Positions 26,470 through 40,534 are shown, counted from the first letter of the stretch. The stretch is 64,000 nucleotides of DNA from Eledone cirrhosa (GCA_964016885.1 OZ024742.1:213652001-213716000), one strand, 5' to 3'. Notes: generated by a model not told the origin, from the letters alone. Translations and numbers: made by a program.

Positions 26470-27233
26470 TTTAGCACAGCATCAACGAAGGGCCAACACT
26501 TCTGATTGTTTATCCGACTTATTATGGGGTTTTTTCTCGGGTTACGTCTACTATAGGGGCAAAACGAGACGGTTTTATTGAATTGCTTCAGTCATTCGAA
26601 GGGCTTTAAAAACGGTGATATACAGGGTGCTTAAACAATAACTGAATATGTTCACTCGGTTATATTTTCTTCAAAAATTGCGTTGACTTCTTCAATTGTT
26701 CTGTGTTTGTTTTTGAGCGCTAAGGCAGTAAGTTTGCTATTCTTATACATAAGTTTATTGAATAAGTTCGATATTCTTAGTTCTTAAACTTCCCCGGTTT
26801 ATTCACTCTGAATGAAGAAAGCTGGATGGAAGAAGGACTTATGACTTAAACAGTTATTGATAGTTCCACACAAAAAAATTGATCTGCCATAAACACACCT
26901 AGCAAAGGAAGGTTGCTATTGAAATTCCAGTATAGGCTCCCAGGGTCGCTAGCATTTTCAGGCGCGCTCTGGGAACTACAAATAACCACACCTTTCCCGG
27001 GTATTACTGGGTAGTGCAGTTAGCATATATATATATTTAATAAAAGTAATGAAGGTCGCTGATACAAATTCAGCGTCCCCCGACCATCCTTTGGCTCACT
27101 TAATGGATCAAATTTAATGTAGAAATGGCTTCTACAGGAGTACCTTCCTTACTGTAATTCTACTGCAGCTTCCTTCCTCATTGTCCATACGCATCACATG
27201 TCCATATATATATTTAAATACACACATACGTAC

Positions 27234-27296
<63 letters not shown>

Positions 27297-27298
<2 letters not shown>

Positions 27299-28010
27299 CG
27301 TTTCTGAATTTGTTTAGCAAGATTCTTTATCTGAAATCGTGTGTTGAAACCGATATTGTTATACTTTGGGAGGGTCATGTTGCCAATAAGAAACACACGC
27401 ACCAGTTGCTTTCACTTCAATTTATTATATATTTATAAATTTATAAATTTACAAACTTATAAATTTCTGGTTGGTTGGTTGGTTCTACAACCAGATAGTT
27501 GTTTATATATAGTCATAGTCCTTTCGTCACACACTCTGTGACCTCTTCAGTGACTGGGGATTCCTTTCTTCGTTTCTGTGCCTTTCCTTTCTTCTATCTT
27601 ACGCCATTTTGTTTCTGTGTGTTGTGTGCTCAGTTTGCGCATGCGCCACATCCGGGTGTCTGTGTGTGTTTGTGTTCATTTATCTATTTGTTTATTTATT
27701 TATTTATTTATTGTTGGTTGGTTGTTCTATGTGTGTGTGTGTTTTCATTTTGTCCTGTGTGTGTTTTCATTTTGTGTGTGTTTTCATTTTGTCCTTAATT
27801 GTAAGTTGTTTGTCACTGAAGAGGTCACAGAGTGTGTGACGAAAGGACTATGACTATATATAAACAACTATCTGGTTGTAGAACCAACCAACCAACCAGA
27901 AATTTATAAGTTTGTAAATTTGTAAATTTATAAATATAAAATAAATTGAAGTGAAAGCAACTGGTGCGTGTGTTTCTTATTGGCAACATGACCCTCCCAA
28001 AGAATAACAA
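27297..28010. mobile_element. Family A pLTR fold-back
   Basis: 27355-27554 (-) and 27812-28010 (+) are near-perfect inverted arms, both ending at (TA)n-rich sequence. Confidence 0.8.
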
Positions 28011-28020
28011 TATATATATA

Positions 28021-28223
<203 letters not shown>

Positions 28224-28246
28224 TAAATATAAATGTATATATATAT

Positions 28247-28439
<193 letters not shown>

Positions 28440-29455
28440 ACGAAGGAAATGTGGTAAGGAACCAGGTGGACCATAACGCACCAAAGTACTCAATACTTGA
28501 GGTAGTAGAGTGGGTAATAGGAACCAGTAAGACCCCGACAGCTGAGCTCAAGCCGTTTCGACGGCTAATTCTGGACTAAGTGAAAATTTATCCTGGTATT
28601 TAAATAGCCGATCTTCTCAAGGGGTAATTCCATATATGGTCAAAGTGATTGTCAAAAATCAGTAGTAATTCTGTGGTTGCAAATTAGTAGGGGAGATGGT
28701 GGCTAAACCTGCCAGTAGGAGAAAGAGAGGAGGGGGTGGAGTAGACCCAATCAAGCGTTGGTAGTGCCAGCTACAGCTGGGCATGAGGTCAAAGAAGATA
28801 CAGGGGAGGGGGAGGGGGAGGAAGTCGGAACGGTAGGTAGAACAATGGGGGGTAGAAATAGGAAAGAAAAAATACTGAGAGTGAAGAAAAGCAAATAAGT
28901 GTAAAGAAAAAAGTAAAGTAAATTAAATTCTACGACCTAGGTGTCAGGCTATTGTTAGGCGAGAATAAAATAAAGAAAGAAAGAAGTAAATAAATAAATA
29001 AATAAATAAATAAGGAAATAAGTAAAAGAACTAGGTGGGACGGATTAGGCAAGGACCCTTTTAAGAGGTATAAGTACGTAAATGATACGGTGACGGGTCA
29101 ACAAAAGGGGCCAAAATACTAAAGAGACTACCACGAAATAAACAATAAAGGTTTCCATCCCGGGCCAGCAACGACCCAGTGCAGCAAAGTGAACTTGTAC
29201 GAGATAATAATTCTGAGTCCCGAGAAAAATAAATACTAATGCTAACTCTAAAAGATCTAAAACAAGCTACATGAAAGTTCGTACGAAATAAAGGTAGAAT
29301 ACGGAAAAATAAATTCAGAATCCACCCCGCCCAGAAGAAAAGCGAAGCAAGAAATACTGAAACGAAAAAATAAGGCATAAGTGCCACTAAGAAATATAGA
29401 GGGCACAGAGAATAGTGGGAGCGGTCGGAAAAAGGGGGCAAGTATCCGGGGTCTA

Positions 29456-29790
29456 TAGGACTTACCGCATGTGACTTCAAGACCCGGCTATACCAACATA
29501 GACATACCTTCCGAAACCCGGCCCGGCGTCACGCCACTACACTTTCGGGCCACATATGGGACCTCAAGGACAACAACATCATCTATGATCTCACTTGGAG
29601 ATTACTGTCCAGAGCCTATTCTTACACGGGAGGACGCCGTCCGTGCAATTTATGCTCGGAGGAAACTTTACTAATGCTGTTTTCGACGGACCAACTCCTA
29701 AACAAGAAAGATGAACTGGTTACTGCATGTAAACATAGATTGCGTAGGACTTACCTCGCCCTCAAACCCCATAATGACCCGGGGGGGTAG
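29456..29790 (+). pseudogene. GIY-YIG endonuclease C-terminal part (Naiad-like PLE)
   Basis: Hand translation of an open frame: IGLTACDFKTRLYQHRHTF...TTLSGHIWDLK...WRLL..A..Y...PCNLCSEE...LLNKKDELVTACKH...*. Confidence 0.8.
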
Positions 29791-30885
29791 ACTAGGGCTA
29801 TAACACCCCACTTGCCGATTTTGCAATGGGTAACCCCTGCTTGCCAAGGAAGACGTAAGATCTTCTTTGTATTCTTTTATCGCTTCCTTTATTTCCTTCC
29901 CCCCTCTCTCCTTTGTCCTTCTACCCCAGCTCTTCTCCTTTGTCGGCGTCTTTTCTCGCCCACCCGAGGCTGCCCTTTGGCCCCATGTAGCCTTAGTACC
30001 CCCACCACCCCCTCCCCTAGTCTATGATAGATTTGGCGGACTCCGCCCTTTATAGCAGTTGGCTTAGACCCCGGATACTTGCCCCCTTTTTCCGACCGCT
30101 CCCACTATTCTCTGTGCCCTCTATATTTCTTAGTGGCACTTATGCCTTATTTTTTCGTTTCAGTATTTCTTGCTTCGCTTTTCTTCTGGGCGGGGTGGAT
30201 TCTGAATTTATTTTTCCGTATTCTACCTTTATTTCGTACGAACTTTCATGTAGCTTGTTTTAGATCTTTTAGAGTTAGCATTAGTATTTATTTTTCTCGG
30301 GACTCAGAATTATTATCTCGTACAAGTTCACTTTGCTGCACTGGGTCGTTGCTGGCCCGGGATGGAAACCTTTATTGTTTATTTCGTGGTAGTCTCTTTA
30401 GTATGTTGGCCCCTTTTGTTGACCCGTCACCGTATCATTTACGTACTTATACCTCTTAAAAGGGTCCTTGCCTAATCCGTCCCACCTAGTTCTTTTACTT
30501 ATTTCCTTATTTATTTATTTATTTACTTCTTTCTTTCTTTATTTTATTCTCGCCTAACAATAGCCTGACACCTAGGTCGTAGAATTTAATTTACTTTACT
30601 TTTTTCTTTACACTTATTTGCTTTTCTTCACTCTCAGTATTTTTTCTTTCCTATTTCTACCCCCCATTGTTCTACCTACCGTTCCGACTTCCTCCCCCCC
30701 CCCTCCCCTGTATCTTCTTTGACCTGATGCCCAGCTGTAGCTGGCACTACCAACGCTTGATTGGGTCTACTCCACCCCCTCCCCTCTTTCTCCTACTGGC
30801 AGGTTTAGCCACCATCTCCCCTACTAATTTGCAACCACAGAATTACTACTGATTTTTGACAATCACTTTGACCATATATGGAATT

Positions 30886-30979
30886 ACCCCTTGAGAAGAT
30901 CGACTATTTAAATACCAGGATAAATTTTCACTTAATCCAGAATTAGCCGTCGAAACGGCTTGAGCTCAGCTGTCGGGGT
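30886..30979 (+). ncRNA. Type I hammerhead, U3-A8 core variant (mirror copy 28532-28625 -)
   Basis: acccc-TTGAGAA-gatcg(g/a)cta...tagccgtc-GAAA-cggcttgagctcagctg-TC-ggggt. Confidence 0.75.
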
Positions 30980-30989
30980 CTTACTGGTT

Positions 30990-31035
<46 letters not shown>

Positions 31036-31037
<2 letters not shown>

Positions 31038-32856
31038 AGGGTGTTAAAGTTTGCTTGAAGCATTGTGAAATGTGTAAAAATACGTATTTAAGAAAGCCAC
31101 AACAATGCAAAGGGAAATCTCGAGGTAGGAAGTGAAATATAGATAGGAAAAACAGGTGAAAGTGAAAATTGAGAGAGACAAAGATGAAAACAAAACAAAG
31201 GTAGAAGGGTTACCGTAGTAGAGATTTAATCCCAATATATATATATATATATATAAGTCGTTTGGAAGCCTCGACAATGCAAATGGGTAAATCTCCGGGT
31301 AACAAGGTCCGGTGGTGGAAAGAGAGATGTAAGTGGGTGTACGTTGAGATGCGTGGTGTGTATAAGATGTGTGTGATGTGTAGAATGAAGGGAAGAGTAT
31401 AAAGGATAAAAATAAAAATAACAACACAAGAGAGAGTTACCTTGGGAGAGATTTAATAGTCCCTATATATTTCGGATTCACATCCATCAACTGGGGTTTT
31501 TTCCGGGGTGGGGGAAAAGGTTGTCTGTCGGACAAGTCCGGAACGCGTCTTTCGCTGTTTGTTGTTTTGAATATCTGAGGTATTCGGCAGAGCGCGCGTG
31601 CGCGTGAAATGGGTCGGTCGTACAGAGGTCAGCGGCCGAATGAGGGAGTGGGATGGCGCTAGCTGTCAGTCCATTCGCTGTCTGTTTGTTAAATGTTACT
31701 GTGTGTGTGTGTGTGTGTGTTGTTGCCTTGTTCATCTGTATTGGCAGTGTAGTATGTTCGTATGGTGGAAAGCTACTGTGTGTGTGTGCGTGTGTGTGTG
31801 TGTAGTTGTCTCGTTTGCGTGTGTGTGTGTGTGCGTGTGTTGTGTGTTGTTGCATCGCTTGTTAACTTAAACCAACCATTTCATTTCGCTTCTCTCTGAT
31901 CGGTTGTTTAAATGCCACACCTGGGCGAGAAAACCACCAACGCTATCCGCAAGGCTATACGGAGGGAGGGCCTCGACATCCACCTGGCCCACTCGGACCC
32001 CTCCCTGCGAAGATGCCTCTCCAGGAAACCCGAAAAATCTACTGACGCATGCTCCCTCAGAGACTGCCCGGTACGCCATGCTAACTGTTGCCTACGCACA
32101 TGCGTCGTGTATAAGATAGAATGTGACAGGTGCCACCAATACTACATAGGTAGCACAATTCGACCTTTGCGAAATGAGAAGCGAAATGAAATGGCTGGCT
32201 TAAGTTAACAAGCGATGCAACAACACACAACACACGCACACACACACACACGCAAACGAGACAACTACACACACACACACGCACACACACACAGTAGCTT
32301 TCCACCATACGAACATACTACACTGCCAATACAGATGAACAAGGCAACAACACACACACACACACAGTAACATTTAACAAACAGGCAGAGAATGGACTGA
32401 CAGCTAGCGCCATCCCACTCCCTCATTCGGCCGCTGACCTCTGTACGACCGACCCATTTCACGCGCACGCGCGCTCTGCCGAATACCTCAGATATTCAAA
32501 ACAACAAACAGCGAAAGACGCGTTCCGGACTTGTCCGACAGACAACCTTTTCCCCCACCCCGGAAAAAACCCCAGTTGATGGATGTGAATCTGAAATATA
32601 TAGGGACTATTAAATCTCTCCCAAGGTAACTCTCTCTTGTGTTGTTATTTTTATCCTTTATACTCTTCCCTTCATTCTACACATCTCACACATCTTATAC
32701 ACACCACGCATCTCAACGTACACCCACTTACATCTCTCTCTCCACCACCGGACCTTGTTACCCGGAGATTTACCCATTTGCATTGTCGAGGCTTCCAAAC
32801 GACTTAAAGATATTTACTTATTGTTCCACAATGCTTCAAGCAAACTTCAATACTCT

Positions 32857-32860
<4 letters not shown>
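31036..32860 (+). mobile_element. PLE fold-back with inverted arms around a GIY-YIG fragment
   Basis: Arms ~31255-31890 and ~32172-32806; centre reads C..RDCP..C..TCVVYKIECDRCHQYYIGSTIRPL. Confidence 0.8.
31900..32172 (+). pseudogene. PLE linker plus N-terminal half of GIY-YIG endonuclease
   Basis: ORF 31912-32208 with VVYKIEC..C..YYIGST motif. Confidence 0.75.
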
Positions 32861-32928
<68 letters not shown>

Positions 32929-32941
32929 TATATATATAAAT

Positions 32942-32974
<33 letters not shown>

Positions 32975-32977
32975 AAT

Positions 32978-33016
<39 letters not shown>

Positions 33017-33035
33017 AATATATATATATATAAAT

Positions 33036-33145
<110 letters not shown>

Positions 33146-33164
33146 GTATGTGTGTGTGTGTATG

Positions 33165-34016
33165 ATAAAAGTAACGAAGATCGTTGGTATAAATACAGCG
33201 TCTAGCTCACTCAATGGATCTGGCGAATTGCAGTTATGCAGCTACAATCATCTGTTCAGAGTGCACACATTTAGTTTACTATAGACAGTTGGCTCTGTTT
33301 AGTTGGAGATAGTAGATGTAAATATTTCCCCCCTTTACGATCGTTTCTGTGTAATATAACTTTACAAATGCAGATATTACTTCTGCAATGTTCAGAAAAT
33401 CACGCAAAATAAGTGAATATTTACGTAATCGGGCTATTACACGTCTTCAGCAGGCTGCCCAAATCATACGATTGGTCCGTGCAGTGTGAGCTAGCCATCA
33501 CTACCGGATAAGCCATCTAGCAGTTCACGGCAATCCCTCATTCAGCCTCTAATGAAAAGAAGAAGATCTCTCGCAGACTATAACACGTGATGTGTTGACT
33601 GAATTCAAACAAAGGAATTCGCGCCAAAACGAAGCACTCAACCAGCTTCTGGTATATGCGCATGCATAACTAGTTTCATGCATATGTACATATATACGTA
33701 CAAGCAAATAAAATCTGATTTGTGATACAATGTCAAATATTCAATACTCAAAATTTAATTTTAGGAAAAATAAACAAGAAATATTGAAAAGTCCAACCTT
33801 ATAGAGGAGTTTCAAATCAGCGCAGCTGTGAGTATAATATAATAAAAGTAACGAATATCGCTGGTATACATTCAGCACCACTCGGTCAGCGTCTAACTCA
33901 CTCAATGAATCTGACAAATTGCAATAATGCAGCTGCAATCAACTGTTCAGAGTGCACACATTTAGTTAATAGTAGATACGTTGGCTGTGTTAGTGGTAGA
34001 GATAGATGTAAATATC
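33165..34016. repeat. Diverged direct repeat pair (33165-33327, 33843-34016)
   Basis: Shared aaagtaacgaa..tcg.tggtata...ctgttcagagtgcacacatttagt...agatgtaaatat; related start at ~27042. Confidence 0.6.
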
Positions 34017-34626
34017 TCATTTCCTGAGCGATATATATATATATATATATTACACACATATATAAACAAATATATATATATACATATACATATATATATC
34101 ATCATCATCACCACCTAACATCCACACTTCCTGCTTTCAATGGTTGGACAGGTCTTTAAAGACTGAGTCAGTATTCAAATGGGTCTAGTGATCTCCCAGA
34201 TGAGTCAGGAACCCCCATTTCAATTACATATGGTCACATTCTCTACCATGTGCAAGTGCATTTTATCGTGACCCCAGCACCTAGGAGGGTTATCATGTTT
34301 TACATAACTGAAGGGGCCTTGCAATATATATATATATATATATCATCATTATCGTTTTAATGTCTGCTTTCCCTTCTAACAAGGGTTGGATAAGGCTATG
34401 TAGACCAAGTCAGTAGTGAAGCGGGGCTACTGATCTCCCAGTCGGACCAAGAATCTGCATCTTGCTTAACATATTGTCTCATGTTCTACCAAGTACATAG
34501 CAGAGGTTGTCATGTCTTTGTCACAACTGAAGGATCCTCCCAATCCTTTGTTTTGCAAACTTTCTATGGCTGGATGCCCTTCCTATTACCAATCAATTAA
34601 CAGCATATACAATATATATGTATGTA

Positions 34627-34753
<127 letters not shown>

Positions 34754-34802
34754 GACTGTTCTTCAAACTTAAAATTTATATATATATATATATATATATA
34801 TT

Positions 34803-35235
34803 TGTGACGTGGTTAGTGGGTCTGGTCACTACTTCTGATCGAATCTGAGAATAGCCCTTAAAAGGACTGTTATCGCATACGGTAAGGATGAACAGACGAA
34901 AGAAGAAGTTGAAAAGACAAGCAAGGCGAGAGATGTAGTTTCGGTCAGCTATTTATTTTCATACATGAAGCGATGATACAGAGGTACAAGGCGTGTGTGA
35001 GTGACAAGTGTGGCAGAGGAGAGGAACAACGATACGCTAGATGACTCTGCCAAAGTCGACTGGCGAAAGTGTTTGGAATCACTCTATTTATACAAAAATA
35101 ATCGTTTGATGTATAGCCGCTGCGTAGGCGTTTTATTTTGGTGGCTTAAGTGTTGTTTGTTTCACGGTGAGGTAGCTAGCTAAGCAGATAGATAGAGTTG
35201 TTTATTTCACAGATGTTATTTCCGGTGGCTGTACA
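34803..35235 (-). repeat. 3' LTR (PPT ggcagggggctaa at 35236-35248)
   Basis: Matches 39904-40346; starts TGTAC on the minus strand. Confidence 0.9.
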
Positions 35236-35994
35236 TTAGCCCCCTGCCAGATCTTTTGTACAACAAAAGAGCGAAACATCGTATAGAAATGAGCCAGTGG
35301 TGCCAGTGTCAAGCACGTTGTGAAGTTTGGTGATCATCGAGTATAGGACAGTCGATGTAGAGATGATATGGCAAGATGTGTGTGTCAGGAAGAAAAAGAA
35401 TAAACTATAAAATGACTTTGACCAGATTTATGCAGGCGTGTTGAATGGGCCTGTTGTATTTGGGTTGAGCTGCCTGTGAATTGCGAGACAAAAAGTCTAA
35501 CAGGGCAGTGAAAATAACCGTAATGTGTGAACTGAATGGCCGTAAGCATGTTGCTTAAAAGTAATAGTTTGCTCCAAAGCATGTGACTTGAGCGAATGCA
35601 TGAGGTTAAAAAAATAGCGAGGCATTCTCGAGCTATTGAGTGAATGTGTACGTAAAAAAGAAGGCCAGTGTTTTGAGGATGCGATTTGTGAAATGCGTGA
35701 TCAAAGAGAAAACATTTTGTAGTGTAAGAGTTAGAGGGACAAAATATCTGTTGCTCAGTGTATGAACGAAAGGTGAGACAAACGTGGTTATGTAGTGTGC
35801 ATGAAAAATAGAATATGTACACGCCTTTTATGTATATAAAAATTATGGCAATTACACAATTAATATTGCAGAACATGGAAAATAAAAAATCTTTTACAAA
35901 ACAAGAGAGAGAAGAAAAAAAATGCTATACACAATGCTATACACAATGTTTGTTCTTAAATAGTGTTTGTAATAGATAATGTTCATAATAAATA

Positions 35995-36178
35995 ATTGTT
36001 TCTACTTTTGGCACAAGGCCAGCAATTACCCAGTGCATTACTGGTACTTTATTTTATCGACCCCGTAAGGATGAAAGGCAAAGTTAACCTCGACGGGATT
36101 TGAACTTAGACCGTAAAGGGACGTAACTATGCTGGAAAGCATGGCGTCCGACTCTCTACCGATACTGCCAATCCACCA
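35995..36178 (-). mobile_element. tRNA SINE inserted in the gypsy 3' UTR
   Basis: Full SINE sequence. Confidence 0.85.
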
Positions 36179-36321
36179 ATGTTCTTCGTGACATGAGCAC
36201 ATGGTAACTAAAAATTGCAATTGTTCAACCAGAAAGTTCATTGTATTCGAAACTGGAAATAGTAAACACAAGGAAAATGGAAATGTTTTGCAAGAAGAAT
36301 TATTAAGAAACTCACTTAAGG

Positions 36322-38940
36322 TTAACAGTAATTCACATATTGTGCCAACTTGGCGGGCCAATGGACACGTCGTCCACTTCTCGTGACTGGAGATGAAACA
36401 GGTGGCTTGCTGGGACAGCAATCTGTTGGAGTTTCTGGTGTAGAGACTGTAACAGTATCCAAGATGCCTTTTTTTAATCTGTCCACGCTGACAGAATTCT
36501 GTATATCATCTTGATCGAGAATAAAATATTTCAGATATTTTTTTAGAACACGGTAAGGGCCAGAATATGGAGGTCGAAGAAGAGCTGAGATGGTGTCGTT
36601 TCGAACGAAAACGTGTGTCCAATTATTAATGTCTGAAGGTACATGTGTGGCCGTGTTCTGTTGACGGGTGCTTGCAGGAGCAAGGTGAGACATATATTGT
36701 CGAAGACGGTGTACATATGATCCTGGGTCTGGAACGTCCTGAGGAGAGATGGGAGCAACCATCTGACCAGGTAGAACCAGGGTGGTGCCGTACACTAATT
36801 CTGCAGGTGTGTGTCCAAATTCCTCTTTAACGGTAGATCGAATGCCCAGAGGGATGAGTGGCAGGTATTCAAGCCAGTGGGTCTTGTCTGGATATGCTTT
36901 TATTGCAGCTTTCAATTGGCGATGGAATCTTTCCACGAGACTATTAGCTTGTTCCCGAGTGAGACAAACAGTGTAAAGCAGAAAAAACTTGTCGACGATG
37001 CATCTGTGGTACGTACGGTCGTTCATGACCGGTAGAAAGGTCGCACCAAATTTGTCCCAGAGAAGAAGGAATGGGAACTTGCTGAAACTTGAGGGATGGC
37101 GAATCTCGGAGCTTGATAAACTCTTCGTCAGTCTCTTGGTCAGCTGCGATCTGTTGAAGGTCGATGCCTGAATGTACATGTATTGCGTTCAACTGGATTC
37201 GGGACAGGGCGTCGGCTGCTACGTTGTCTGATCCCTTGATATGCCGAATATCAGTTGAATATTGGGAGACCGGAGTTCTCTTGGTCAATGTCGATCAGGT
37301 TTGGTACGGAACGCATAAACTAGTGGTTTATGGTCGGTGTAGATCACAAAATCCGATCCTTCGAGCATGTGACGAAAATGTTTAACTGAAAGTTAGGTTG
37401 CCAAGAGTTCGCGGCCAAATGTGCTGTATTTGGCTTCTGAGGGTTGCAACCGCTTAGAAAAGAAGGATAAGGGTTGCCAAACGCCGTCGACATATTGTTG
37501 TAAAACGCCTCCAACCCCCGTGTCTAATGCGTCCACTATCAGCGAAAGAGGAGCGCCAGATCTGGAGAAAACGAGCATGGAAGCGTTTGCCAACATTTCC
37601 TTCAGGCGGTTGAAAGATGTTAGTTCTTCCTCGTTCAGAGTGATGTCTTCGTTTTTCCGAGTCCGATTGCGAAGAAGGTCCGTGAGGAGTCTGGCGGCGT
37701 CGGCACAATGAGGGATCAAAACGCCTATAGAAATTCATCAAACTGAGGAATTCACGCAGTTTCCGAAGTGATGTAGGTGCTGGGAAATTGCGGATAGCTT
37801 CTACTTTCTCAGGAAGTGGACGAATGCCGTCTTTATCAATGATGTGCCCGAGAAAGGACAGTGAAGGAACTCCGAGAAGGCACTTGCTGGGGTTGATGAT
37901 AATACCGTACTCGGCCAAACGTTGGAAAAGAAGATCTAAGTGCTTCTCGTGTTCTTGCTCGGAAGTACTTGCTACTGGCACGTCGTCGATATACGTGTAT
38001 ACAAAAGGTAGATCACGTAACACGGTGTCAATAAACCGCTTAAAAGTTTGTGCAGCGTTGCGCAGACCGAACGGTATTCGCAGGAATTCAAATAAACCGA
38101 ACGGTGTTGTGTTTGCGGTTTTCGGAACATCAGAAAGCTCCATAGGTATCTGGTTATATGCTCGTACCAAATTTATCTTGGAAAAAATGCGTGCGCCTTG
38201 CAGAGAGGCAGAAAAGTCGTGCAAGTGAGGTACAGGGTAATTATCGGGTACTGTAGAATTGTTGAGTGCACGATAATCCCCACATGGGCGCCAATCATTC
38301 TGTTTTCTTAGGAACAAGGTGTAGGGGTGCAGACCAGTTGCTGGAGGAAGGGTGAATGATTCTAAGGTCCAGCATGTGTTGAAACTCCTGTTTGGCGATT
38401 CTCAATCGGGCTGGAGGCAGTCTCCTTGGTCGGGCAGCTGTTGGTGGTCCTCTTGTCTCGATATGATGTGTGACACTATGTTTAATAGGTCCATCCTTAA
38501 ATACCGGGCGAGTGATGTCTGGGTATTTCTGGAGAATGCAGTTGTAACGTGAAGGCTCTGACAGGCAAATTACAGGGCTCACTGTGGATTGCCTGGTAAA
38601 TATACCTCTCACGGTGAGGTTTGTGGTGGTGTCAATAAGGCTCCGGTTCTTCATGTCCACCAGAAGGTTGAAGTGGTGGAGAAAATCGGCTCCTAAGATA
38701 AGGGTCGGCAGGTCTGCCACGACGAACACCCGTTGAAAACGACGCCTCAGGCCTATATTGAGGGTCAGTGATTTCTCCCAGAAAGTGAGAATTGACGATC
38801 GGTTCACTGCCTGCAGAAAGGACGGTGTTGGATGTCTTTTGCCCGAGACTAGTGAAACAAGAATAACACTAACCTGGGCTCCTGTATCCACGAGGTAACG
38901 GATGCCTGTCGCTTGGTCATTGATAAAAAAACAGACGACT
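36322..38940 (-). pseudogene. gypsy pol (PR, RT, RNase H, integrase), frameshifted, integrase core deleted
   Basis: YLVDTGAQVS; [26 protein letters not shown]; [20 protein letters not shown]; NVAADALSR; H..SHSG joined directly to QANSLVERFHRQLK; GPYRV. Confidence 0.9.
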
Positions 38941-38989
38941 TTTCTTCTCAGTACCAGGGGAGAACGTTGTCGCTAGGCCCTGGTCTGCT

Positions 38990-39843
38990 CGTTTCTGGGT
39001 GGTATTCTGGAAAGAGCACGGGGCCCTACACTTAGATGCCTGTGCACCGAATTCTGCGTGATACCAGCAAAGGTTGCCAGAAACGCGATTTTGACTGGGA
39101 CTTCTGGATCTTCGACGGTGAAAGGGCCTGGTTCGACTGTTGCTGCGCCGCCGGTGTGTTTGAAAGGTCAGGTTCTCTAATTGATTTTAGAGGGCTTTAA
39201 TTTGACCAGCCTGCTCTCTGATCATAGCCCGTAGCTCTGAAATCTCGGAGGTGGAGTCTGAGGACGCTTCGTAAGGGTTCGTCCGATGATCAACTTGTGC
39301 CACTGAGGCAAAAGGGTTTGACACCTCAGCGATCTTATCCGCGACACTCGCCAGTTCTTCCGGGGTTGCTGACTCGCTGGTCGACGCCAGAATGCCCCGC
39401 ATTGATAGGGGCAAGCGCTGTATAAACAGCCGTTTCAGCACATCTTCTGAAAACGGCTGGTCTTCCATCAGCTGTCTCATCTTTCGCAGTAGTTGGGACG
39501 GTTTTCTGTCCCCCAATTCTTCTGCAGACACTTGTTGGTTGAGTCGTCTCTGCTGTGACGTGGTCGTTCGTTTGATCAATTCCTTACGGAATGATTCATA
39601 TGACACCGTGCCCGGCGGTGCTATGACGAGGTCCCTCACCTCAGCCAAAACTTCTAGCGAGACAGACCCAATGATGTAGGTGAGCTTTGCAGAATCGCTC
39701 TTAATTCTATTAGCGGCGAATTGTACTTCTATGTGGGCGAACCACAGGGTTGGGTCGTTGGACCAAAAAACAGGGACCTTCAACGTTAAAGCCGCTTGTG
39801 TGATTGGTATCTCGGCCTCTGTCGTTGGTTGGGACATGTCCAT
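38990..39843 (-). pseudogene. gypsy gag
   Basis: LKVPVFWSNDPTLWFAHIE..LGDRKPSQLLRKM; after an in-frame stop, CWYHAEFGAQASKCRAPC. Confidence 0.85.
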
Positions 39844-39883
39844 GTTGGTTTCTTGTTAGGCTGCTGTCTGGTTGCGTGTTCAA

Positions 39884-39901
39884 ATCACGTCGGGGTCACC
39901 A
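39884..39901 (-). promoter_or_regulatory. Primer-binding site, tRNA-Trp
   Basis: Reverse complement TGGTGACCCCGACGTGAT lies 2 nt downstream of the 5' LTR; complementary to the metazoan tRNA-Trp 3' end. Confidence 0.85.
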
Positions 39902-39903
39902 CT

Positions 39904-40346
39904 TGCAGTGACGTGGTTAGTGGGTCTGGTCACTACTTCTGATCGAATCTGAGAATAGCCCTTAAAAGGACTGTTATCGCATACGGTAAGGATGAACAGA
40001 CGAAAGCACAAGTTGAAAGGACGAGCAAGGCAAGAGATCAGCTATTTATTTCGGTCAGCTATTTATTTTCATATATGAAGCGACGATACAGAGGTGCAAG
40101 GCGTGTGTGAGTGACAAGTGTGGCAGAGGAGAGGAACAACGATACGCTAGCTGACTCTACCAAAGGTCGACTGGCGAAAGTGTTTGGAATCACTCTATTT
40201 ATACAAAAATAATCGTTTGATGGTTAGCCGTTGCGTAGGCGTTTTATTTTGGTGGCTTAAGGGTTGTTTGTTTCATGGTGAGGTAGCTAGCTAAGCAGAT
40301 AGATAGAGTTGTTTATTTCACAGATGTTATTTCCGGTGGCTGTACA
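39904..40346 (-). repeat. 5' LTR
   Basis: TG...CA termini on the minus strand. Confidence 0.9.
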
Positions 40347-40430
40347 TATATATGATATCTTCCAAAAGTAACGGACGGTACCATTTTGAAAGGGTATGTC
40401 AATATTTATTTATAAAACTGGTATATATTG

Positions 40431-40495
40431 TATTTTGTCTGATGAAAGCATACCATAATTTAACATGGTATCCTTGAAATATGTATAATAAAATA
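40431..40495 (+). ncRNA. Type I hammerhead (family C)
   Basis: tattttgt-CTGATGA-aagcatacca...tggtatcctt-GAAA-tatgta-TA-ataaaata. Confidence 0.75.
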
Positions 40496-40534
40496 GATAT
40501 GGTTTTATAAATATAGTTTCCATTTGTTAATATC

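Larger units (their letters stand above)
34803..40346 (-). mobile_element. Ty3/gypsy LTR retrotransposon, both LTRs present, decayed
   Basis: Direct LTRs, PBS, PPT and gag-PR-RT-RH-IN order; inserted in (TA)n. Confidence 0.93.

Noticed and set aside
29456-30065. Selenoprotein-type Naiad (UGA in CxxC plus SECIS)
   Set aside because: Both cysteines are TGC, there is no in-frame TGA, and no convincing SECIS is visible after the stop.
29061-30459. Duplicated hydrophobic ORFs 29061-29480 (-) and 30079-30459 (+)
   Set aside because: They lie in the pyrimidine-rich PLE 3' arm and are duplicated only by the inverted repeat.
35385-35876. env-like ORF in the gypsy 3' region
   Set aside because: No recognisable glycoprotein features; looks like an incidental AT-rich ORF.
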